A DNA stretch of 64,000 nucleotides, from the NCBI GenBank assembly GCA_031459625.1, contig JAVKIH010000005.1, positions 33,952-97,951 on the forward strand, read 5' to 3'. Positions 55,183 to 64,000 of this stretch are shown here, in pieces; the first letter of the stretch is position 1; every line of letters starts with the position of its first letter. Both the position numbers and the translations under genes were made by a program. Origin of the DNA: Candidatus Geohabitans tengchongensis. Its GTDB lineage: Bacteria; Sysuimicrobiota; Sysuimicrobiia; Sysuimicrobiales; Humicultoraceae. Under the pieces are notes generated by a model, which worked only from the letters and a program-made list of their open reading frames with translations, did no database searches and had not been told where the DNA came from.

Positions 55183-56906
55183 GTGCGCGAGGCCACCCTC
55201 CCTCCGGCGGCGCTCCCCGCTCTGCGGGCGACGGGGCGGGCCGTCCTGCCGGTCGCCGTGGGGGCGGTGGCGCTGCTGCTCCTCGTGCTCGTCCTCTACC
55301 CGTCGGTGGTGCTGGTGCTCAACGCCGTCACCGCCGACGGGCGGGTGACCCTGCAGCTCCTCGCCCGGGTCGCCGCGGACTCCGGCGCCCACCGCGCCCT
55401 GGTGAACAGCCTGGTCGTCTCGGGCAGCGCCACGGCCGGCGGGACGGTGCTGGGGACGGTTTTCGCCTGGCTGGTGACGCGCACCGACCTGCCGGGACGG
55501 GGACGGTGGGACACCGCCCTGCTGCTGCCCTACATGATCCCGCCCTTCATCGGGGCGATCGCCTGGGTCTACCTGCTCGGCCCGGTGGGCTACCTGAACC
55601 AGGCCTGGCGCGCCCTCACTGGAGCCCAGGAGCCGCTCCTGGTGATCTACGGGCCGGCGGGGGTCGTCGCCGTCCTCACCCTCTATGGCTACCCCATCGC
55701 CTACGCCACCATGCGCGGCGTGCTGGAACGCATGCACCCCGCGCTGGAGGAGGCGGCGCGCATCGCCGGGGCGGGACCGGCCCGGGTGCTGCGCGAGGTG
55801 ACGCTGCCGCTCATGCTGCCGGGCGTGCTGGCGGCGGCAGTGCTCCTCTTCATGTCCTCGCTGGCGAACTTCGGCATCCCCGCGGTGATCGGCTTCCCGG
55901 CGCGCTACGTCGTCCTGCCGACGAAGATCTACGACACCATCCTGAACTTCGATCTGCCCCACAACCTCCAGGTGGCGGCGGCGCTCTCGCTATGGCTCGT
56001 GGCCATCGCGGCGGTGCTGCTGTGGTCCCAGCGCCGCCTGCTGCGGCGGGCCACCTTCGCCGTGGTCACCGGCCAGGCCGGTGCCCCGACCCGCCTCACC
56101 CTGGGTCGGTGGCGCTGGCCCGCCGTGATGGGGCTGGGGGCTTTCGTGCTGGTGAGCGTGCTCCTCCCGCTCGCCGCCATCCTGCTCACGGCGCTCACCC
56201 GGGCGTACGGCCTGGCGCCCGCCCCCGAGCACCTGACGCTGGGGCACCTCCGCACGGCGCTGCTGGGCATCCCCAAGGTCCAGCGGGCCCTCGTGAACAG
56301 CGTTGGACTGGCGGCAGGGTCGGCGACGCTGGTGGTGGCGCTGGGGCTCGTGCTGGGCTACCTGGTGGAGCGGGTGCGGGTGCGCGGGGCGCCGCTGCTG
56401 GAGCTCCTGGTCACCATTCCCTACGCCGTGCCGGGGACGGTGGTGGCCCTGGCCATGATCTTGGCCTGGCTGCGCCCGGTGCCCCTGGTGGGCCTGCACC
56501 TCTACAACACCATCTGGATCCTGCTGGTGGCCTACGTCGCCCGCTTCCTCGTCTTCGGCTTCCGCACCGTCATGGCCGGGCTGGCCCAGGTGCACCCTTC
56601 CCTGGAGGAGGCGGCGCGCATCAGCGGGGCCACCGCCCGGGAGGCCTTCCAGGAGGTCGTCCTGCCCATCCTCCGCCCGAGCCTGGCCGCCGGGTGGGTG
56701 CTGGTCTTCATCCCGGCGGTGGCCGAGCTCACCCTCTCCGTCCTCCTCTACTCGGCGGGGCACGAGACCCTCGGGGTGGTGGTCTTCGGCCTGCACGAGG
56801 AGGGGAAGATCGCGCTCTCGGCCGCCGTGGCCGCGCTGGTCACCCTGCTGCTGGTGGCGCTCCACCTGGGGGTGCGCGCGGTGGCCGTGCGGGAGGTGCT
56901 GCCCTA

Positions 56907-56907
<1 letters not shown>
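55183..56907 (+). CDS. ABC transporter permease, duplicated (FbpB/AfuB family)
   Basis: Two LEEAARI.GA loops; RTDLPGR; NFGIPAVIG. Confidence 0.9.
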
Positions 56908-58085
<1,178 letters not shown>

Positions 58086-58710
58086 TCGGGCGCCGCGGCC
58101 ACCAGCGCCGCCCGATCGAGCGCGCCCCATGCTGCGCCCACCGTGAGGACCCCGGCGCGGCGGCCCGCCTCTATGTCGAGCGGGCCGTCTCCCACCATCC
58201 AGGCACCGGCCCGCGCCATCCGCAGGCAGCGCAGCGCCTCCCGCACCGGGTCGGGGGCCGGCTTCGGCGCGGCCGCGTCCTCGGCGGCCACGACCGTCTC
58301 GAGGAACGGCGCCAGCCCCAGCGCCTCCAGGTCGCGCAGCGCCGGCCCCCGCCGCTTGGAGGTCACCACCCCCAGACGCACCCCGAGGCCGGCCAGCGCG
58401 CGGACCATGGCCGGCACGCCGGGGAAGGGGCGGAGGAGGGCGGCATGGTGCGCGTCGTACCAGGCGCTGTACGCCGCCAGCAGGTCCGGCACCCGCCCGG
58501 CGTCGAGCCCGGCCAGGCGCAGGGGCAGCGGCAGTCCCCAGCGCGCCAGCACCTCCGCCTCCGTCGCCTCGCGTCCCAACACCGCCCGGCAGGCGTGGCG
58601 GAAGGCCCCGGCGATCAGGGCGAAGGAGTCGGCGAGCGTGCCGTCCAGGTCGAAGAGGATGGTGGCGGGCCGCACGCCATGTACCATAGCACTGGTGGAG
58701 GAGGGCGGAC

Positions 58711-59082
58711 GTGCGCCGGCATGAGGTACGGCTGCGCAAGGCACGGCTGGCCGTGCGGGCGGCACGGCAACTGGCCCGCCTGCGCCGCTCGCCCCGCCTG
58801 CTCCTGGTCCAGCGGGCGGCACTGCGCGAGCCGGTGGCGGTGGAGACGGCGGGGCCGCGCGCCCGCCCCACGGGGTTCTGGCGGGCGGGAGAGTTCTACA
58901 CGGTGCGCCGCGTCCTGGAGACGCGGCGGGAGTACCACGCCGCCTACTTCCGCGTGGTCACCGACCGGGGGGCGTTCGACCTCCGCCGCCTGCGCTGGCT
59001 CGACCCGTGGACGCTGCGGGTGCGGCGCACCTGGGAGCTCATCGCCGCCCACGACGTGGTCGAGGTGAGGCGCCCATTCTGA
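58711..59082 (+). CDS. Hypothetical protein, DUF6504-like
   Basis: EPV.V...P..F.....Y.V.RVLE...YFRV.T..G.FDL...W.L pattern; SD GGAGGAGG. Confidence 0.6.
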   Translation: MRRHEVRLRKARLAVRAARQLARLRRSPRLLLVQRAALREPVAVETAGPRARPTGFWRAGEFYTVRRVLETRREYHAAYFRVVTDRGAFDLRRLRWLDPWTLRVRRTWELIAAHDVVEVRRPF

Positions 59083-60596
59083 CCCTCTACAACACCCTGA
59101 CCCGGCGGCGGGAGCCCTTCACCCCGCTGGAGCCGGGGCGCGTGCGCCTCTACGTCTGCGGCCCGAACCTCTACGGCGGGCTGCACGTGGGGCACGCCCT
59201 CTCCTACGCCGTCTTCGACGTGCTGCGGCGCTACCTGGAGTACCGCGGCTACCAGGTGCGGCACGTGCAGAACTTCACCGACATCGAGGACCGCATCATC
59301 GAGCGCGCCTCCCGCGAGGGGCGGCCGGTGGCCGCCATCGCCGAGGAGCACATCGCCCGCTTCTTCCGGGAAATGGACGCGCTGGGGGTGCGGCGGGCCC
59401 ACGCCTACCCGCGCGCCTCCGAGGTGATCCCCACCATCGTGCAGGTCATCGACGGGCTGCTGGCCCGCGGCTACGCCTACACCGTCGACGGCGACGTCTA
59501 CTTCCGCGTGACCGCCTTCCCCCGCTACCTGCAGCTCTCCCACCACACGGCGGAGGAGCTGCTGGCCGGCGCGCGAGTGGAGGTGGACCCGCGCAAGGCC
59601 CACCCGATGGACTTCGCGCTGTGGAAGGCGGCGCGGCCGGGTGAGCCGTCGTGGCCGAGCCCCTGGGGGCCGGGGCGCCCCGGCTGGCACATCGAGTGCA
59701 CGGCCATGAACCTGCAGTTCCTGGGGGAGCAGATCGACATCCACGGCGGCGGGCAGGACCTGATCTTCCCCCACCACGAGAACGAGATCGCCCAGGCGGA
59801 GGCCTACACCGGCAAGGTCCCCTTTGCCCGCTACTGGGTGCACCACGCCCTGCTGCGCCCCGCCGAGGGCGAGGAGAAGATGACGCGCCACCTCGGCAAC
59901 ATCGTCTCCCTGGCGGAGGCGCTGGAGCGTCACGAGCCCGACGCCATCCGGGCCTTCCTCCTGGGGACGCACTACCGCACCCCGCTGCGCTGGACGGACG
60001 AAGCGGTGGCGGCGGCCTCCCGCGGGGTGGAGCGGCTGCGAACGGCGCTGCGCAACGCCGACGACGCCATCGCCGCCGCCCCGCCCGACGACCGGGCGAC
60101 GGCGGGGCTGGACGCGGCGACTGCGGAGGCGCGCGGGGCCTTCGAGCGCGCCATGGACGACGACCTGAACACGCCGCAGGCGCTGGCGGTGCTCTTCCGC
60201 TTGGCCGCAGAGCTCAACCGCGTCGCCGACGCCATCCTGAAGGGCACCGGACGCGGACGGGCGGGCGTGTGGGCGGCCCGGGACCTCCTGCGGGAGCTCG
60301 GCGGGGTGCTGGGGCTGCGGCTGGAAGCGGCCCCGCTGGGCCCCGAGGTGGTCGAGGGGTTGCGTACGCTGCTCGTGGAGCTCCGGGCGGAGCACCCCGC
60401 TCTCTTCCCGGACGCGGCGGGCGACGCGGACCCGGAGGTGCTGATCGGGACGCTGCTGGCCGGCCGGCAGCAGGCGCGGGCCGCCGGGGCCTACGCGCTG
60501 GCCGATCGGGTGCGGGCGCGGCTGGGGGGGCTGGGGATCGTGGTGGAGGACTTCCCGGGCGGCTCGCGCTGGCGCCTGGCCCGCCGGAGGAGCTGA
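59079..60596 (+). CDS. cysS: Cysteine--tRNA ligase, divergent motifs, non-canonical start inferred
   Basis: LYNTLTR, YVCGP, HVGH, NFTD, DFALWK, GRPGWHIEC, DIHGGG.DL.FPHHENE, DDLNT, AD.VR. Confidence 0.93.
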   Translation: MTLYNTLTRRREPFTPLEPGRVRLYVCGPNLYGGLHVGHALSYAVFDVLRRYLEYRGYQVRHVQNFTDIEDRIIERASREGRPVAAIAEEHIARFFREMDALGVRRAHAYPRASEVIPTIVQVIDGLLARGYAYTVDGDVYFRVTAFPRYLQLSHHTAEELLAGARVEVDPRKAHPMDFALWKAARPGEPSWPSPWGPGRPGWHIECTAMNLQFLGEQIDIHGGGQDLIFPHHENEIAQAEAYTGKVPFARYWVHHALLRPAEGEEKMTRHLGNIVSLAEALERHEPDAIRAFLLGTHYRTPLRWTDEAVAAASRGVERLRTALRNADDAIAAAPPDDRATAGLDAATAEARGAFERAMDDDLNTPQALAVLFRLAAELNRVADAILKGTGRGRAGVWAARDLLRELGGVLGLRLEAAPLGPEVVEGLRTLLVELRAEHPALFPDAAGDADPEVLIGTLLAGRQQARAAGAYALADRVRARLGGLGIVVEDFPGGSRWRLARRRS

Positions 60597-60599
60597 GCC

Positions 60600-61520
60600 A
60601 TCGCCCACCCCGCCCGGCACGTCCCCGCCCGGCGCGTCCCCGACCGGCGCGTCCCCGACCGGCACGTCCCCGACCCGCGCGTCGCGGCGGCGGAACCCGA
60701 CCAGGTCGAGGGACGCCGCGCCGTCCGCGAGGCGTTGCTGGCCGGCCGCCCCATCCGCAAGCTGCTGGTGGCGCGCGCCGCCCACGACCGGGCGATGCGC
60801 GAGCTCGTCGCGCTGGCGCGGGCGCGGGGGGTGCCCGTGCAGGTCGTGGAGGGGCGCTGGCTCGACCGGCGGGCGCGGACGGGCGCCCATCAGGGCGTGA
60901 TCGCCCTCGCCGCCGTCCGTCCGAGCGTCGACCTGGAGGCGCTGCTCGCGGCGGCCGCCGCGCGTGGTGAGCCGCCGCTCCTGGTCCTCCTCGACGGCAT
61001 CGAGGACCCGCAGAACACCGGGGCGATCATCCGAGTGGCGGAGGCCGCCGGGGCGCACGGTGTTGTCCTGCGCACCCGGCGGGCCAGCGGCCTCACCCCC
61101 GCGGTGGCCCGGGCCTCGGCCGGGGCGGTGGAGCACCTGCCGGTGGCGCAGGTGGCCAACCTGGCGCAGGCCATCGAGCGGCTGCAGCGCGCGGGGGTGT
61201 GGGTGGCGGGGGCGGACCTGCGCGGCGAGGACCTCTTCCGCACGCATCTGGTGCCGCCGCTGGCCCTGGTGATCGGCAGCGAGGGGCGGGGGCTCTCCCG
61301 GCTGGTGCGCGAGCGGTGCGACCGCCTGGTGCGCATCCCCATGTGGGGGCGGGTGGCGTCGCTGAACGCCGCCACTGCCTGCGCCGTCCTCCTCTACGAG
61401 ATCCGGCGGCAGATGCTGCCGGCGCCGTCGCCGCCTCCCGGCGAGGCGGGGCCGGTCGATGCGGCGCCGGCGGGCGGCGCGCCGCAGGGCGCAGCGACAG
61501 GGCGCGCACAATTTCCTTGA
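60600..61520 (+). CDS. rlmB: 23S rRNA (Gm2251) 2'-O-methyltransferase, TrmH/SpoU family; start uncertain
   Basis: EGRRAVREAL, HQGV, LDGIEDPQNTGAIIR, GSEGRG, IPM.G...SLNA. Confidence 0.92.
   Translation: MAHPARHVPARRVPDRRVPDRHVPDPRVAAAEPDQVEGRRAVREALLAGRPIRKLLVARAAHDRAMRELVALARARGVPVQVVEGRWLDRRARTGAHQGVIALAAVRPSVDLEALLAAAAARGEPPLLVLLDGIEDPQNTGAIIRVAEAAGAHGVVLRTRRASGLTPAVARASAGAVEHLPVAQVANLAQAIERLQRAGVWVAGADLRGEDLFRTHLVPPLALVIGSEGRGLSRLVRERCDRLVRIPMWGRVASLNAATACAVLLYEIRRQMLPAPSPPPGEAGPVDAAPAGGAPQGAATGRAQFP
60608..60682 (+). repeat. Five tandem copies of a 15-bp unit
   Basis: ccccg(c/a)ccggc(a/g)cgt x5; encodes PARHV-PARRV-PDRRV-PDRHV-PDPRV in the rlmB frame. Confidence 0.9.
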
Positions 61521-61545
61521 CGCTTTCCAGAGCCGTTCGTATAAT
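61517..61545 (+). promoter_or_regulatory. Sigma70 promoter of sigH
   Basis: TTGACG, 17 nt spacer, TATAAT. Confidence 0.8.
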
Positions 61546-61661
61546 TCGGGCCGACAAATGAAGAGAGCAGCTGACGGCGGAGCGACCGCCGGGAGCTCGG
61601 GCGCGGGGTCTCCGGCGAGCCCGGAGGGGCGGCCGGGCGGCTTCTGGCGGGAGGCGAGAGC

Positions 61662-62300
61662 GTGGCGCTGGCACGAAGAGAGACGCTGAGCTACACCGAC
61701 ATGCCCGATGAAGATCTCGTCGAGTCCGCCAAGCGTGGGGATGACCAGGCCGCCGAATTCCTCATCAGCAAGTACCGCAACTTCGTCCGCGTCAAAGCCA
61801 AAGCCTACTTCCTGATCGGGGCCGACCGGGAGGACATCATCCAGGAGGGGATGATCGGCCTCTACAAGGCCATCCGCGACTTCCGCGCCGACAAGCTCTC
61901 CTCGTTCCGGGCCTTCGCCGAGCTGTGCATCACCCGCCAGATCATCACGGCCATCAAGACGGCCACCCGACAGAAGCACATCCCGCTCAACTCCTACATC
62001 TCGCTGAACAAGCCCATCTACGACGAGGACTCCGACCGCACCCTGCTCGACGTCATCAGCAGCATCAAGGTCAGCGACCCCGAGGAGCTGGTGATCAACC
62101 AGGAAGCCTCGGCCAGCATGCGCGAGCGCATTCGCAAGAACCTCTCCGACCTGGAGCACAAGGTGCTCACGGCCTACCTGGAGGGGAAGTCCTACCAGGA
62201 GATGGCCACCGAGCTCAACCGCCACGTCAAGTCCATCGACAACGCCCTGCAGCGCGTCAAGCGCAAGCTCGAGCGCAACCTCGACGGCGAGGACGGCTAG
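61662..62300 (+). CDS. sigH: RNA polymerase sigma-H factor (Spo0H-like)
   Basis: YFLIGADREDIIQEGMIGLYKAIRD, TATRQKHIPLNSY, KSIDNALQRVKRKL. Confidence 0.96.
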   Translation: MALARRETLSYTDMPDEDLVESAKRGDDQAAEFLISKYRNFVRVKAKAYFLIGADREDIIQEGMIGLYKAIRDFRADKLSSFRAFAELCITRQIITAIKTATRQKHIPLNSYISLNKPIYDEDSDRTLLDVISSIKVSDPEELVINQEASASMRERIRKNLSDLEHKVLTAYLEGKSYQEMATELNRHVKSIDNALQRVKRKLERNLDGEDG

Positions 62301-62443
62301 TCTACCGGCTCACCTGCCCCCGCTGCCAGCACGTCATCCTGCGCCTGGTCCCGCTCGAGGCGGACGAGGTGGTCACCTGTCCGCGCTGCGGGGAGCGCTT
62401 CACCCCGGAGGAGGAGGAGCTGGTCGACCCCGAGGACGTCTGA
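62300..62443 (+). CDS. Small zinc-ribbon protein (about 47 aa) with acidic tail; no canonical start codon
   Basis: YRLTCPRC...VTCPRCGERF..EEEELVDPEDV; strong GC3 bias; abuts the sigH stop. Confidence 0.65.
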   Translation, partial: VYRLTCPRCQHVILRLVPLEADEVVTCPRCGERFTPEEEELVDPEDV

Positions 62444-62517
62444 GGGGCGGGCCCGCGCCTGGGGGCGGCGCCGGGTGAGGGAGTCGTGTGCGCGCTCTGG
62501 CCGCCGCGCGGGGGAGG

Positions 62518-63495
62518 TCAGCCGCCGATCTGGATCATCACGCGCTGCTGGGGGAAGAGGCGCTCGGCCAGGGCGTGGCCGAAGGGCCGCCGGTAGGCGG
62601 CGGCGCGGAAGAGCTCCCGGACCTCCTCGACGCCCGCTCCCCGCCGCAGCGGCGTCAGCAGGTCCACCTCGTCGTCGCGCAGGAGGCAGAGGCGCAGCCG
62701 CCCGTCCGCGGTCAGGCGCAGGCGGCCGCAGCGGGCGCAGAAGGGCTCGCTCACCGGGCTGATGAACCCCACCTGGCCGGGCGCGCCGGGCAGGGCGTAG
62801 GTCCGGGCGGGGTCCTCGCCCGAGAGGTCCAGCGGGTGGAGCGGGCCCAGCGCCGCCTCGATGCGCGCCCTCGTCTCCTCGCTGCGGACGATGCCGGCCT
62901 CGGCCAGGTCGGCCACGCTGCCGAAGGGCATGACCTCGATGAAGCGGACCTCCCAGGGGTGCTCCAGGGTCAGGCGGGCCAGCGGGACGACGTCCTCCTC
63001 GTTGAAGCCGCGCACCACCACGGCGTTGAGCTTGATCGGGCGCAGTCCCACCGCCTCGGCGCGGGCGATGCCGGCCAGGACCCGCTCGACGCGGCCTCCC
63101 CGAGTGATGCGCCGGAACTTGGCCGGGTCGAGGGTGTCCAGGCTGACGTTCACGCGCCGCAGGCCGGCGCGGGCCAGGTCGGCGGCCAGGTACTCGAGGA
63201 GGACGCCGTTCGTGGTCATGGCCACGTCCTCGATGCCCGGGACCGCCGCGATCTCGCGCACCAGGTCCACGATGCCCGGCCGCACGGTGGGCTCCCCGCC
63301 GGTGAGGCGGACCTTACGCACCCCCAGCTCGGCGGCGATGCGCACCAGTAGCAGCAGCTCGTCGTCCTGGAGGAGGTCCTCGGGCGGGCGGAAGGCGATC
63401 CCCTCGGCCGGCATGCAGTAGACGCACCGCAGGTTGCACCGGTCCGTCAGCGAGATCCGGAGGTCGCGCAGCTCCCGCCCGTACTGGTCGCGCAT
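62518..63495 (-). CDS. moaA: GTP 3',8-cyclase (molybdenum cofactor biosynthesis)
   Basis: LRISLTDRCNLRCVYCMP, TGGEP, FC..C.RLRLTADG...CL, C-terminal IGG. Confidence 0.97.
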   Translation of the reverse strand: MRDQYGRELRDLRISLTDRCNLRCVYCMPAEGIAFRPPEDLLQDDELLLLVRIAAELGVRKVRLTGGEPTVRPGIVDLVREIAAVPGIEDVAMTTNGVLLEYLAADLARAGLRRVNVSLDTLDPAKFRRITRGGRVERVLAGIARAEAVGLRPIKLNAVVVRGFNEEDVVPLARLTLEHPWEVRFIEVMPFGSVADLAEAGIVRSEETRARIEAALGPLHPLDLSGEDPARTYALPGAPGQVGFISPVSEPFCARCGRLRLTADGRLRLCLLRDDEVDLLTPLRRGAGVEEVRELFRAAAYRRPFGHALAERLFPQQRVMIQIGG

Positions 63496-63698
63496 CGCTG
63501 GTTCCCATGCTACCCCCTCGGCGCGGCGGAGGCCAGCCACCGGGCCGGGCCGTCGGGCCGGCCCGCCCCGTCACGGGGACCGTGCTGACCCTCGCGGACC
63601 TTCCACTTTCGGTTCTGGACGCTGGCCGGGCTGGGCGCGGCGCTGCCGGCGCTGGAGCGGCGTCGCGGCGCCTGAGCGGGGATCCGGGTCGAACGCGG

Positions 63699-63775
63699 TG
63701 GAGCCGCCGGGGGGAGTCGAACCCCCAACCCCCGCATTACAAGTGCGGTGCTCTGCCGGGTTGAGCTACAGCGGC
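63699..63775 (-). tRNA. tRNA-Thr(TGT)
   Basis: GCCGCTGTAGCTCAA...CTTGTAA...GGTTCGACTCC...CGGCGGC-T-CCA cloverleaf. Confidence 0.96.
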
Positions 63776-63813
63776 CTGCCAGGGCGAGTATAGCATTCAG
63801 GGTGCGGCTAGGG

Positions 63814-64000
63814 TGTCCTGTTTCGCATTAGTGTTGACAGTAGAGGAGGGCCATGTGACGAATCCTTCCCGCTGGAAACCAACCCCTTCCGGGTTGACGG
63901 GGAGGACCGCCCATGACCCTCACCGACAGTGTACACGCCTTCCGGCTCCGTGTGATCGCCCGGGCCCAGGCCCTGAGGAACGTCAGCCAGGCTTGCCGGG
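63814..64000 (+). mobile_element. Left end of a probable IS481-family element with the start of its transposase (63913 onward)
   Basis: Abrupt GC drop starting TGT...GTTGACA; SD GGAGG then MTLTDSVHAFRLRVIARAQALRNVSQACR (HTH-like); truncated by the window edge. Confidence 0.65.

Noticed and set aside
59079..60596. MshC (mycothiol ligase) instead of CysRS
   Set aside because: The C-terminal anticodon-binding domain is present and the context is the canonical cysS-rlmB-sigH
60594..60690. Selenocysteine read-through of the cysS UGA into rlmB
   Set aside because: No recognisable SECIS hairpin, and the UGA is at the normal CysRS end; the SD plus ATC explanation is simpler

Overview
Very GC-rich bacterial chromosome segment. 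The gene order (tRNA-tilS-ftsH, greA-clpC-radA-yacL, cysS-rlmB-sigH) and the GC-rich rRNA helices suggest a thermophilic Terrabacteria lineage, possibly Armatimonadota/CSP1-3-like; this is inference only. Most of the window is housekeeping: purH, a dpp ABC transporter, pilT, rpoZ, tilS, ftsH, a THF-dependent hut pathway, birA, an ECF S component with coaX, greA, clpC, radA, cysS, rlmB, sigH and moaA. There is also an uncharacterised SorC-regulated catabolic operon and the start of an IS481-like element. The striking part is the rRNA locus. The 16S and 23S-5S genes are about 5.7 kb apart, each with its own promoter, processing stem and terminator. The gap holds a decayed integron (intI remnant plus attC-bounded cassettes) and a PEGA/TPR two-gene module. 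The 23S gene carries two group I introns: L1951 with a frameshifted LAGLIDADG gene, and L2604 with an intact one. The best candidate for an undescribed system is the 23S leader, which holds a strong Shine-Dalgarno (SD), a 5-codon uORF (MYQSG*) and mutually exclusive terminator/antiterminator helices. This looks like a ribosome-sensing attenuator controlling an unlinked 23S-5S operon. A second oddity is that three genes of the cysS-rlmB-sigH cluster appear to lack canonical start codons. All calls are from reading the sequence; no searches or folding programs were run.
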